The notes: generated by a model from the sequence alone, not told the origin. A stretch of 64,000 bases of DNA from Bacteroidales bacterium (GCA_031323845.1 JAVIYP010000005.1:9153-73152); one strand, 5' to 3'. Counted from the first letter of the stretch, positions 1 through 9,221 are shown. Numbers and translations: made by a program.

Positions 1-1
1 C

Positions 2-1027
2 ATGGAGGTTTATCCGGAGCTTACCGATCAGTATTTCGGCAGAGCGGTAAAAACTGAAGAGCACGAACTGGCGGCACTAAACACAGCCTTTGTCCAGGAC
101 GGACTGTTTATTTATGTGCCCGAAGGCGTTGAGGTGGAAAAACCGATTCAGCTGATCAACATCGTTAATACCCCGCACCCTGTTTTTCTTCAGCCACGGC
201 ACCTTATTGTCGCCGACAAAGGCAGCAAGCTCACCCTGGTGCATTGCGACCACTCACTCACACACAACGTCAGCTTTACCAACACCGTGATGGAGGTTTT
301 CGCTGAAGAACATGCCGTTGTGGATCATTATAAAATTCAGAACAAAGGACATAACTCCGCCCTGATCACCAACAGTTTTTTCCATCAGAAAAAAGAGAGC
401 AGGGTCGCTACCAGCATGATCACCCTCAACGGTGGTTTCACCAAAAACATCCTTGACGTTCAGCTCACGGAGCCCGGTTGTCATTCAGAGCATTTCGGCC
501 TTTACCTTGTTGACGGCAAGCAGCATGTTGACAACCAGGTATTCATTGACCACACAGCACCTGACTGCTTTAGCAATCAGCTGTATAAAGGAATTCTGGA
601 CGACGAGGCCCGTGCGGTATTCTCCGGAAAAGTGCTGGTGCGCCGCAACGCACAGCATACCCAGGCTTATCAGAACAACAAAAACATCCTGCTTACCGAC
701 GATGCGAAGGCCAACACTCAGCCTCACCTGGAGATCTATGCCGATGACGTAAAATGCTCGCACGGTGCTACGGTAGGACAGCTTGACCCGGATGCCATGT
801 TTTATCTAAGATCACGCGGCTTGTGCGAAAGAACCGCCCGGCAAATGATGATGATCGCCTTTGCCGGAGAAGTGGTTGAAAAAATAAGCATCGTGGCCCT
901 GAAGGAACGCATGCAGCACCTGGTCGAAAAACGCCTGAAAGGAGAATTGTCCATCTGTGACCAGTGCGTCCTGCATTGCAGCACCAAAGAACCGACACGC
1001 TTTAACATCGATATGAGTAAAATTTAG
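2..1027 (+). CDS. sufD: Fe-S cluster assembly protein SufD, C-terminal part (5' end outside window)
   Basis: ORF is open at the window edge. SufB/SufD-family C-terminal region (HLEIYADDVKCSHGATVGQLD, FYLRSRG). Directly followed by sufS and sufE. Confidence 0.9.
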   Translation: MEVYPELTDQYFGRAVKTEEHELAALNTAFVQDGLFIYVPEGVEVEKPIQLINIVNTPHPVFLQPRHLIVADKGSKLTLVHCDHSLTHNVSFTNTVMEVFAEEHAVVDHYKIQNKGHNSALITNSFFHQKKESRVATSMITLNGGFTKNILDVQLTEPGCHSEHFGLYLVDGKQHVDNQVFIDHTAPDCFSNQLYKGILDDEARAVFSGKVLVRRNAQHTQAYQNNKNILLTDDAKANTQPHLEIYADDVKCSHGATVGQLDPDAMFYLRSRGLCERTARQMMMIAFAGEVVEKISIVALKERMQHLVEKRLKGELSICDQCVLHCSTKEPTRFNIDMSKI

Positions 1028-1038
1028 CCGCAACACCC

Positions 1039-2259
1039 ATGACAACCTTCAGCAACCAGGTGCGCAAAGAGTTTCCTATTCTCAGCAGAAAGATCAATCA
1101 ACGCCCGCTTGTTTATCTTGACAATGCAGCCACTACGCAGAAGCCGGCGTGTGTACTGCAGCGGCTTCAGACCTATTATGAAAACGAAAACAGCAACATC
1201 CACAGGGGGGCGCACTTTTTAAGCAGTCAGGCTACCGAAGCCTATGAGAATGCCCGGAAAACCATAAAGGCTTATGTCAATGCGGCTTACGCCCACGAAA
1301 TCATTTTCACACGCGGCACTACTGAAGCCATCAACCTTGTAGCCAGTTCTTTCTGCAAAAAGTTTGTTAAAGAGGGCGATGAAATAGTGATCTCTGCCAT
1401 GGAACATCACGCAAACATTGTTCCGTGGCAGCTGGCCTGCCAGGATCACAAGGCAAGGCTGAAAGTCATTCCGATGAATGATGCCGGAGAACTGGACATG
1501 GAGGCTTACGAAAAGCTCCTCTCCGACAAAACCCGGCTGGTGGCTGTCACCCATGTCAGCAATGCACTGGGGAGCATCAACCCCGTGCGGGATCTTATTG
1601 ATATAGCACACAAAAAAAACATTGCGGTGCTTATTGACGGGGCACAGGCAACACCCCATACAGCCGTTGACGTTCAGGCGCTTGATTGCGACTTTTATTG
1701 TTTTTCAGGACATAAGATGTACGGCCCCATGGGTGTGGGTGTGCTTTACGGCAAGGAACAATGGCTTAATGACATGCCACCGTACCAGGGTGGTGGAGAA
1801 ATGATCAGTGAGGTCACGTTTGAAAAGACCTCTTTTAACGACTTGCCCTTTAAGTTTGAAGCAGGCACCCCGAATGTAGCCGACGTGCTTGGTATGGAAA
1901 CCGCCGTCAGGTTCCTATCAGAACTTGGCCTCCGGCACATCGAAGCCCACGAGAAGGACCTTTTGCAATACGCTACCGCCAGGATGCAGGAAATCGACAA
2001 CATCCGTTTAGTGGGCACAGCAAAGAATAAAACTGGCGTCATCTCCTTCCTGTTCAACGACATACACCCATACGACACCGGCACCATACTTGACAAAATG
2101 GGCATCGCTGTACGCACAGGCCATCACTGCGCACAACCAGTAATGGACTTCTTTGGCATCCCCGGTACCGTCAGAGTTTCGTTTGGCCTGTACAACACGC
2201 GCAACGAAGTCGACATCCTTGTGGAAGGGCTCAAAAAAGTGCGGGCGATGTTCGGGTAA
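1039..2259 (+). CDS. sufS: Cysteine desulfurase SufS (class V aminotransferase)
   Basis: 406 aa. PLP-lysine region FSGHKMYGPMGVGVLYG and active-site Cys loop RTGHHCAQP. Lies in suf gene context. Confidence 0.95.
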   Translation: MTTFSNQVRKEFPILSRKINQRPLVYLDNAATTQKPACVLQRLQTYYENENSNIHRGAHFLSSQATEAYENARKTIKAYVNAAYAHEIIFTRGTTEAINLVASSFCKKFVKEGDEIVISAMEHHANIVPWQLACQDHKARLKVIPMNDAGELDMEAYEKLLSDKTRLVAVTHVSNALGSINPVRDLIDIAHKKNIAVLIDGAQATPHTAVDVQALDCDFYCFSGHKMYGPMGVGVLYGKEQWLNDMPPYQGGGEMISEVTFEKTSFNDLPFKFEAGTPNVADVLGMETAVRFLSELGLRHIEAHEKDLLQYATARMQEIDNIRLVGTAKNKTGVISFLFNDIHPYDTGTILDKMGIAVRTGHHCAQPVMDFFGIPGTVRVSFGLYNTRNEVDILVEGLKKVRAMFG

Positions 2260-2342
2260 CCACACATATTCCGCCAGAAGCCCGGCACTGTAAGCAGTTA
2301 CAAAACATCACAAGCAAAGTACAAACCCATGAATAGCAGCAC

Positions 2343-2768
2343 ATGTCAACGATAAAGGAAAAAGAACAAGCCCTGGTCAGCGATTTTGAAATGTTTGACG
2401 ACTGGATGGATAAGTACAATTACATTATTGAGATGGGCCGGTCGCTTCCGGAGATTGAAGAGTCATTGAAGCAGGATAAATACCTCATTAAAGGTTGTCA
2501 GGCGAGGGTGTGGCTTCATGCAACCTACAGGGATGGAAAAGTCTATTTTTCGGCCGACAGCGACGCCCTGATCACCAAGGGCATCGCAGCGCTGCTTATT
2601 GAGGTGCTTTCAGGGCTGCCGCCAAAAGATGTGGTTGACGCCGACATGTCGTTTGTTGACCGTATTGGTTTGAAAGAACACCTGTCGCAAACCAGGTCAA
2701 ACGGTTTGTTGAATATGATTAAACAGATGAAGCTATATGCCCTGGCGTTCCGGCAGGCGCACCAATAA
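2343..2768 (+). CDS. sufE: Cysteine desulfuration (sulfur acceptor) protein SufE
   Basis: 141 aa. SufE active-site motif LIKGCQARVWL. Immediately downstream of sufS. Confidence 0.9.
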   Translation: MSTIKEKEQALVSDFEMFDDWMDKYNYIIEMGRSLPEIEESLKQDKYLIKGCQARVWLHATYRDGKVYFSADSDALITKGIAALLIEVLSGLPPKDVVDADMSFVDRIGLKEHLSQTRSNGLLNMIKQMKLYALAFRQAHQ

Positions 2769-2772
2769 TCCG

Positions 2773-3837
2773 TCACTCCTCAATCAGAACCGAAGAAACT
2801 TCAACTGTAAGCCGGTTATTGTCCAGATTTAGGACAGGCGGTGAAGACCTCAGTGTTGTCGTGACCATTTCGGAGCTCAATGTACGCAGCATAATATCAT
2901 ACACTTCACCCACTTGCCTGAAATGAATGCTTCCCGTATGCGCACCGTCAGCCAGCGCGCTGAGCATACCAGCCAGCAGCGCATGCCAGATTCCGTTCCG
3001 CATGGGATAGCCCTGCTGCCGTGCGCTGTCCGGCTCTGCTGACCTGCCGCCCGACACCCTTGCATACCTCAGGTTCATGGCCGGCAAGTCTGACACCAAA
3101 TCGTCGTCCAATGAAGCCTGGGCATTTACCATACGGTTTATTATGGCATACTGATGGACATAGCGTCTTCCTGGCATGTCATCATGCGGTGTCAGTTCAA
3201 GGTTCAGCTGCTCGTCAATTTGCATCCGGATTCCTGCGCTGAACGCCTGTGAATACAATCCCGCCATGAGTTGCCAGTGGGGCTGCTGTCCCGAAAATTC
3301 AGACGGGGCCGTTGCCGGCATACGCGCCATGATGATCAGCTCATCATAGGCTGTGGTATGAGCATGCACAATCGAAATATTGTTCAGGGATACATACACG
3401 CGGCCGCTAAACCGTGAAAACTCACGGTACACATTGTCCAGGGCATCACCGGTCTCAGCAATGAATTGCTCGCGCATGTTGGCAAGCTGCATGCTGCCAG
3501 TGAGCGCATTCATGATAAGGGCACGGTGCATCGCCAGTTCCAGGGCCGCGTCCGCTTCCATGCCCGGATCAGAGGCAGCCACAACGTAAACACTGTCAGG
3601 ATGCCCGGGCCAAGCGTTAAACAACCAGTCGGGGAGCCTTTCAGGATAGGCAACATGTGCAAACCGCCGCTCACCCTGTTCGCTGACACTGCTGTCGGGC
3701 GTTATGCTTTCAAAATACTCCCTGAACTGAAGATACCGGCGGCCTGCATCTTCAATGTCCTGCCGGCTTTGTGCATGTGCCGGCAATAGGAGCCATACGG
3801 CAAAAAAAGACATCAGGATCAATCGTTGCGCCGTCAT
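2773..3837 (-). CDS. Hypothetical secreted protein (no recognisable domain)
   Basis: Long ORF, convergent with sufE (stops 4 bp apart). Start placed at the internal Met (MTAQRLILMSFFAVWLLLPAHAQ), which gives a classic signal peptide. The ORF track allows a start as far up as 3894. Confidence 0.6.
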   Translation of the reverse strand: MTAQRLILMSFFAVWLLLPAHAQSRQDIEDAGRRYLQFREYFESITPDSSVSEQGERRFAHVAYPERLPDWLFNAWPGHPDSVYVVAASDPGMEADAALELAMHRALIMNALTGSMQLANMREQFIAETGDALDNVYREFSRFSGRVYVSLNNISIVHAHTTAYDELIIMARMPATAPSEFSGQQPHWQLMAGLYSQAFSAGIRMQIDEQLNLELTPHDDMPGRRYVHQYAIINRMVNAQASLDDDLVSDLPAMNLRYARVSGGRSAEPDSARQQGYPMRNGIWHALLAGMLSALADGAHTGSIHFRQVGEVYDIMLRTLSSEMVTTTLRSSPPVLNLDNNRLTVEVSSVLIEE

Positions 3838-3922
3838 AAAAATGAAATCAGAATCAGCCATACAAACTACATATGTTACATTACGCCATGGCACCGGAGG
3901 TGCACTTCCAGATCAAATATAT

Positions 3923-3963
3923 ATGAATTTTTTTTCATGCGAAATTATACACAGACACATGAA
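3923..3963. repeat. Left part of the dispersed hairpin element, copy A (matches 12304-12345)
   Basis: atgaattttttttcatgcgaaattatacacagacacatgaa is near-identical to catgaaatttttttcatgcgaaattacacacaaacgcatgaa at 12.3 kb. Confidence 0.8.
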
Positions 3964-4163
3964 CCAAGTACTTGCGAGCTCGGCGAAGCCAAACGCCAAT
4001 GTTGAAAATCCCGACCATTCGGGAACAAGTTTTTCAACACACAGGAGCATGATTATAGGAAGTCAGAAGTCGGAAATCTGAATTCTGAATTCTGACATCC
4101 AATCAGTATCTTAGACATAAACACAAAACATATTTAATCAAACAGTAACGAAAATATAACCAG
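3964..4163. repeat. 200-bp insertion splitting hairpin-element copy A (MITE-like, non-coding)
   Basis: Absent from the otherwise collinear copy B at 12.3 kb. Flanked by the direct repeat ATGAA (3959-3963 and 4164-4168). Carries a nested hairpin (4001-4038) and a gtcagaagtcgg/ctgaattctgac 8-bp repeat block (4062-4100). Confidence 0.6.
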
Positions 4164-4259
4164 ATGAAAAAAATTCATGGGAAAGCGCAGCGGTTCCTCC
4201 TGTACATCTTCATTTTGTATATTGTCAACAAAATGAAGATGTTTTTTTACAGGAGAAAT
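4164..4259. repeat. Right part of the dispersed hairpin element, copy A (matches 12341-12438)
   Basis: About 95 percent identical by eye to copy B. Contains the palindrome ATGAAaaaaaTTCAT and a long hairpin: ctcctgtacatcttcattttgt / acaaaatgaagatg..tacaggag. Confidence 0.85.
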
Positions 4260-4585
4260 GTACAAAAACAAAACGGAACTCATATTTGCCGGATTCCGCG
4301 TGAAAAGCTCACAGTTCTTCAGAAAAATTTGTACTTTTAACTTACCGTAAGCATGCAGCGGCAAACCGGGTACTCACCTGGCAGCGGCCCTTCAACGACG
4401 CCCCCTGAACCTGTAAACCGTTTTTGGTTTATCAGGGTTCAACTTCCGTTGGATGCGAGGGACAGGCCGGCAGAAAGTCAGACAAAACGGAGAAACCATA
4501 GGCCGTCAATATCATCTTAATGATGAACGCACAGAAGTCACCGGCCAGGTGCAAGAAATCAATCATCCAAAAAAAAGCATTCAAT

Positions 4586-4906
4586 ATGAGCGAAAAACAA
4601 GACAGCATCAAAAAAGAACAACTGATCAATGCATTAAAAACCGTCCATGATCCGGAAATTCCGCTTAACATATACGATCTGGGGTTGATCTATGGCATTG
4701 ACATACAGGAGGACCATCGCGTTCAGATCACCATGACACTAACCAACGCCAATTGCCCGGTAGCAGACGACCTGGTTCGCCGGGTACAACAAGTTATACA
4801 AGAGGTGCCGGGGGTTGCTTCCGTAGAACTGGAGCTGGTATTTGACCCCCCGTGGACCAAGGAAAAGATGTCGGATGCAGCCATGCTTGAGCTGGGCTTG
4901 CTTTAA
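4586..4906 (+). CDS. sufT: SUF-associated Fe-S assembly protein, DUF59/MIP18 family (SufT-like)
   Basis: Typical DUF59 sequence (VHDPEIPLNIYDLGLIY .. TLTNANCPVAD). Start placed at the internal ATG (MSEKQD). The ORF track start at 4520 would add a basic, non-conserved-looking leader. Confidence 0.8.
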   Translation: MSEKQDSIKKEQLINALKTVHDPEIPLNIYDLGLIYGIDIQEDHRVQITMTLTNANCPVADDLVRRVQQVIQEVPGVASVELELVFDPPWTKEKMSDAAMLELGLL

Positions 4907-4976
4907 TGGGATGGCATTTTTGAGCCGGACACTGTATTGATCTTGTTTTAGATTTTTTTGTAAGAAAAAAAGATTG

Positions 4977-4984
4977 TATTTTTG
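4977..4984 (+). promoter_or_regulatory. Candidate Bacteroidota -7 promoter box (TAttTTTG) for gcvH
   Basis: Matches TAnnTTTG and lies about 50 bp upstream of the gcvH ATG. Confidence 0.4.
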
Positions 4985-5033
4985 GCTGCCTTAGATAGCA
5001 GTCAATACACTAATCACTCAAAACAACGAAATC

Positions 5034-5414
5034 ATGAATATTCCAGACAACCTGAAGTACACAAAAGACCATGAATGGGTAAAAATTGATGGCGACACGG
5101 CCACCATCGGTATAACTGATTTCGCCCAGCACGAACTTGGCGACATCGTTTTTGTTGAGGTTGACACTGTTGGCGAAACCCTTGACCAGGAAGAAACTTT
5201 TGGCACCATTGAAGCGGTTAAAACCGTCTCTGACCTTTTCATGCCTGTAAGCGGTGAAGTGCTGGAGTTTAACGAAGCACTCGAAGATGCTCCTGACATC
5301 ATCAACAAGGATCCTTACGGCGATGGATGGATCATAAAAGTTAAAGTAAGTGATGAGTCTGAACAGGAAGACCTGCTGACGGCCGATGAATACAAAGCTC
5401 TTATTGAGGGCTGA
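5034..5414 (+). CDS. gcvH: Glycine cleavage system H protein
   Basis: 126 aa. Lipoyl-lysine motif [19 protein letters not shown]. Confidence 0.95.
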   Translation: MNIPDNLKYTKDHEWVKIDGDTATIGITDFAQHELGDIVFVEVDTVGETLDQEETFGTIEAVKTVSDLFMPVSGEVLEFNEALEDAPDIINKDPYGDGWIIKVKVSDESEQEDLLTADEYKALIEG

Positions 5415-5482
5415 GTATTATCCGGATATCCGGCCTGATGGCGCTCAGAACTCCTGGCATAAGCGTGAAATAATTCAGTATT

Positions 5483-5866
5483 GTGAGAAATCCATTGTTT
5501 TTTCTGCCCGCCTTGGTATGGGCTGTAATTATTTTTTTGATCATCAGCCTGCCACCGTCCAGTCTGCCCGTGCCAAAACACATGAGCATTCCACACTTTG
5601 ACAAGATAGTACACTTTGTCATCTTTTTTGTATTCGGGATGTTATTGCTTGTGGGGTTCATCAAAACCAAAAAACCTTCAGTGCCTGTCAACAGGTATAT
5701 GGTGCTTTGCCTTATTACCGGCATAGTGTACGGAGGGCTAACGGAGTACCTGCAACATTGCTGTTTCACACTTCGCCATGGGAATATTGCCGATTTTTAC
5801 GCCAATTCAGCCGGAACGTTCTTCGGCGTATTTGCCGTTGTGCTGGTCCGGAAATTAAAAGCATGA
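5483..5866 (+). CDS. VanZ-family membrane protein
   Basis: 127 aa with four hydrophobic segments. VanZ-like motifs (FDKIVHFVIFFVFG, ADFYANSAGTFFG). GTG start. Confidence 0.7.
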   Translation: MRNPLFFLPALVWAVIIFLIISLPPSSLPVPKHMSIPHFDKIVHFVIFFVFGMLLLVGFIKTKKPSVPVNRYMVLCLITGIVYGGLTEYLQHCCFTLRHGNIADFYANSAGTFFGVFAVVLVRKLKA

Positions 5867-5990
5867 GTTTGGTATATTTTTTGGTTATAATTTTGATGAG
5901 ATTCATTATTGAAAAATACTTTGTATATTAGCAAACTGATTTTCTGTCTCTCGCAAGGACAGAAACGTAAAAAAACCAGACATACCTGAT

Positions 5991-6668
5991 ATGGAAGCAA
6001 AGAAAACACCAAAAGCAGACCTTGAGAGCAAAAAGCGCGTCTTTTTGCAGATCGGCATTGCCTTTGCTCTTGGCGCAGCCTTGGTTGCCTTCGAATGGAA
6101 GACTTATGAGCGGCCTGAAATTGATCTTGGCGTGCTCGAGATCGATTTTATCGAAGAGGAAGATATCCCGATCACCCGCCAGGAGCAACCACCACCTCCT
6201 CCTCCACCGGAGCCTTCTCAGGAGCTTATCATTGTGGATGATGACGTAGAACTGGAAGAAGAGTTCACCATTGACATTGACGCTGACGTCTTTACAGAGG
6301 TGCAGGAATTTACCCCTATCATTTTCCAGGAAGAAGAAGAGGTGGATGAGGATGTCATCTTTACGGTTGTGGAAGACCAGCCTGAATTTCCGGGCGGTGA
6401 GGCAGCACGGCAAAGATTCCTTGAGGAAAACCTCCGGTACCCGCAGATGGCCCGCGAAGCCGGCATCCAGGGCACCGTGTTCGTTACCTTTGTGGTAGAA
6501 ACCGACGGCAGCGTTACCGACGTCCGTATTTTGCGCGGCATTGGCGGTGGCTGTGACGAAGAAGCCATGAGGGTTGTAAGAATGATGCCTCGCTGGCAGC
6601 CTGGCCGTCAAAGAGGCCAGCCGGTAAGGGTGCAGTTCAACATGCCTATACGTTTCAGACTTAACTAA
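5991..6668 (+). CDS. TonB-family energy transducer
   Basis: N-terminal TM anchor, Pro-rich spacer (QEQPPPPPPPEPS), acidic linker, and a C-terminal TonB domain (FPGGEAA..YPQMAREAGIQGTVFVTFVVETDGSVTDVRILRG). Confidence 0.85.
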   Translation: MEAKKTPKADLESKKRVFLQIGIAFALGAALVAFEWKTYERPEIDLGVLEIDFIEEEDIPITRQEQPPPPPPPEPSQELIIVDDDVELEEEFTIDIDADVFTEVQEFTPIIFQEEEEVDEDVIFTVVEDQPEFPGGEAARQRFLEENLRYPQMAREAGIQGTVFVTFVVETDGSVTDVRILRGIGGGCDEEAMRVVRMMPRWQPGRQRGQPVRVQFNMPIRFRLN

Positions 6669-6690
6669 GCCTGATCATACAGTATATGGA

Positions 6691-6725
6691 AACCGTCTCA
6701 GCTCAACGGCTGCAGACGGTTTTTA
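6691..6725 (+). terminator. Putative intrinsic terminator after the tonB-like gene
   Basis: Stem aaccgtct / agacggtt followed by TTTT. Confidence 0.5.
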
Positions 6726-6809
6726 TATGCCGGACACCAAAGCATTAAACGAACAGCAGCACCAACTCATAATTTACACTATTTTTACAATCCGGTAAGT
6801 TGTTTTAGG

Positions 6810-8927
6810 ATGACAGGATCAAACAGACAATCATACCTGGATACACCGATCGAGTACCTGAAAGGAGTTGGACCCAGACGCGCAGAGCTGTTGCGGGCAG
6901 AGCTGGATATTGACACCTTCCATGACCTGCTTTCTTTTTTCCCGTTCCGCCATATCGACAGAAGCCGCTTCCACACCATCAAAGAAATTACAACCGACCT
7001 GCCTTATGTTCAGATACGTGGAAAAGTGTCGGACATCCAGCTGCACGGAAAACAAAGAACCACCAGGATGACAGCCGTTCTCAGCGACCATACAGGAAGC
7101 ATGGAGCTGGTCTGGTTCAGGGGATTCAAATGGCTGAAAGACCTCTTTAAGCCCGGAACAGAATATATTATCTTCGGCAAACCAATTCTCTTCGGGAGAA
7201 AATACTCCATAGCCCATCCGGAAGTCGAACAGCTAACGCCGGGATCCTTGCAGCAAAGCACGGCCATGCAACCGGTATATAACTCAACCGAAAAACTCCG
7301 GGCAAAGGGACTCGACAGTAAGGGCATCGCAAAACTGGTAAAAACCCTGCTGCCTTCAGCAAAAACACACATTGAAGAGGGTTTGCCGCCTGATGTATTA
7401 GATTCGCTCAAGCTTACCGGCAAGCAAGACGCCATTGCACAGATCCATTTCCCGGAAAACATCCTGTTGCTCAAAAAGGCACGTGCACGCCTGAAGTTTG
7501 AGGAACTTTTTTTCATTCAACTCAGCCTGTTGCAGAACAAGCTGCTGCGTAACGAAAAAGCCAAAGGGCACATCTTTAAACACATCGGTGATTTTTTTAA
7601 CGGGTTTTTCCATAACCGGCTTTCTTTTGAGCTGACCGGTGCACAAAAACGCGTGATGAAAGAAATCCGGAGCGACACCCTCTCCGGCAAACAGATGAAC
7701 CGCCTGTTGCAGGGCGATGTAGGTAGCGGAAAAACCGTAGTGGCGGTTATGACCATGCTGATCGCACTCGACAACGGATACCAGGCCTGCCTAATGGCTC
7801 CCACCGAAATACTGGCCTTTCAGCACTTCGAATCAGTAAAAGCCATGCTGCACGATATGGATATCAAGGTGGCTCTTCTTACCGGCTCCACAAAATCAGC
7901 AGACCGCCGGGTGCTCCTGGATGATTTAAAGCAGGGCAGGCTTCATTTGCTGATTGGAACCCATGCGCTGATAGAGGATGCGGTTACCTTCAACAAACTG
8001 GGCCTGGTGGTTATCGATGAACAGCATCGCTTCGGTGTCGCTCAGCGTGCAAGGCTATGGTCAAAAAGCCAGGCACCACCACATGTGCTGGTCATGACCG
8101 CCACTCCCATACCCCGCACCCTGGCCATGACACTGTACGGCGATCTTGATGTTTCCGTCATCAACGAACTGCCACCCGGCAGAAAACCCATTAAAACTAT
8201 ACACCAATACGACCGCAACCGCCTGAAGGTCTTTGGGTTTATGCGCGACCAGATACGCAAGGGAGGACAAATATATGTTGTCTACCCCCTGATTCAGGAA
8301 TCGGAAAAGCTGGACCTCAAAGACCTCAACGACGGCTACGAAAGCATCGTAAGGGAGTTTCCGCCGCCAGAATATGCCGTCAGCATAGTGCACGGTAAAA
8401 TGAAACCCCAGGTCAAAGATTATGAAATGCAACGTTTTGTCAGCGGACAAACACACATCATGGTGGCAACTACCGTGATCGAAGTGGGCATTGACGTACC
8501 CAATGCATCCGTGATGGTCATTGAAAGCGCCGAACGTTTCGGACTTTCTCAGCTTCACCAGTTGCGCGGGCGCGTGGGCAGAGGCGCAGATCAATCCTAT
8601 TGCATTCTTATGACGAAAGATGAACTCAGTGCCGATGCCCGGAAACGAATCGCGGTCATGGTGTCAACCAACGACGGATTCAAGATTGCCGAAACCGACC
8701 TGCAGCTGCGCGGCCCCGGCGACATCCAGGGAACACAGCAAAGCGGCATACTGGATTTGAAAATTGCCGACCTGACCAAAGATGAAGCCATCCTGAAAAT
8801 TGCACGGACCAAAGCCGGCGAGCTGCTCGAAAAAGACCCATCCTTACAGTTGCCGGAGCACCGCAAAACAGCAAAAAAACTCAGGGAACTGTTCAGGGAT
8901 AAAGTGCACTGGAGCAAAATCAGCTAA
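6810..8927 (+). CDS. recG: ATP-dependent DNA helicase RecG
   Basis: 705 aa. Wedge/OB N-terminus, Walker A GDVGSGKT, DEQH box VVIDEQHRFG, helicase C motifs (QLRGRVGRG). Confidence 0.95.
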   Translation: MTGSNRQSYLDTPIEYLKGVGPRRAELLRAELDIDTFHDLLSFFPFRHIDRSRFHTIKEITTDLPYVQIRGKVSDIQLHGKQRTTRMTAVLSDHTGSMELVWFRGFKWLKDLFKPGTEYIIFGKPILFGRKYSIAHPEVEQLTPGSLQQSTAMQPVYNSTEKLRAKGLDSKGIAKLVKTLLPSAKTHIEEGLPPDVLDSLKLTGKQDAIAQIHFPENILLLKKARARLKFEELFFIQLSLLQNKLLRNEKAKGHIFKHIGDFFNGFFHNRLSFELTGAQKRVMKEIRSDTLSGKQMNRLLQGDVGSGKTVVAVMTMLIALDNGYQACLMAPTEILAFQHFESVKAMLHDMDIKVALLTGSTKSADRRVLLDDLKQGRLHLLIGTHALIEDAVTFNKLGLVVIDEQHRFGVAQRARLWSKSQAPPHVLVMTATPIPRTLAMTLYGDLDVSVINELPPGRKPIKTIHQYDRNRLKVFGFMRDQIRKGGQIYVVYPLIQESEKLDLKDLNDGYESIVREFPPPEYAVSIVHGKMKPQVKDYEMQRFVSGQTHIMVATTVIEVGIDVPNASVMVIESAERFGLSQLHQLRGRVGRGADQSYCILMTKDELSADARKRIAVMVSTNDGFKIAETDLQLRGPGDIQGTQQSGILDLKIADLTKDEAILKIARTKAGELLEKDPSLQLPEHRKTAKKLRELFRDKVHWSKIS

Positions 8928-9144
8928 CAGCATCGTATTCATTACCGCATACGCCGCCGGAAACCACAAGACATAGTTTGGAGAATATCAGCCCGGAAGC
9001 AGAATTTGGTGGACAGAGCTCAGTGAAGAAAGCTTGCTGCCGGCTTGTTTATCTTCAAAGCGATAACTTCCCAATTGTTCCCTGTTGTGCGCATTAGTCA
9101 TTTTTCCATCATAAAAAAAAGAAATAAAATTAGGGCACCGGCTT

Positions 9145-9160
9145 ATGAAAAATTTTTCAT
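9145..9160. promoter_or_regulatory. Perfect 16-bp palindrome ATGAAAAATTTTTCAT upstream of the outer-membrane barrel gene
   Basis: Same ATGAA-N5/6-TTCAT arms as sites at 3923, 4164, 12305, 12341 and 54451. Lies about 62 bp upstream of the 9222 ATG. Confidence 0.3.
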
Positions 9161-9221
9161 GTCTTTTGTTTTTTCGTAATTTTATGGTTTCCCGGTTATG
9201 GATATTTTAAGCGCTGCCTGT

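Noticed and set aside
4134-4364. 76-aa ORF over hairpin-element copy A, with ORFs 12268-12480 and 12354-12671 over copy B
   Set aside because: The two element copies are about 95 percent identical in DNA, but the overlapping ORFs are on different strands and frames and give unrelated peptides. The conservation is therefore at nucleotide/structure level, not coding.
4263-4585. Long GC-richer leader upstream of sufT with an imperfect hairpin (tgaacctgtaaacc..ggtttatcagggttca), considered as a small RNA gene (SRP, 6S or tmRNA)
   Set aside because: It has no conserved SRP helix-8 motif, no tRNA-like end, and no other diagnostic sequence I can recognise. I left it unannotated.
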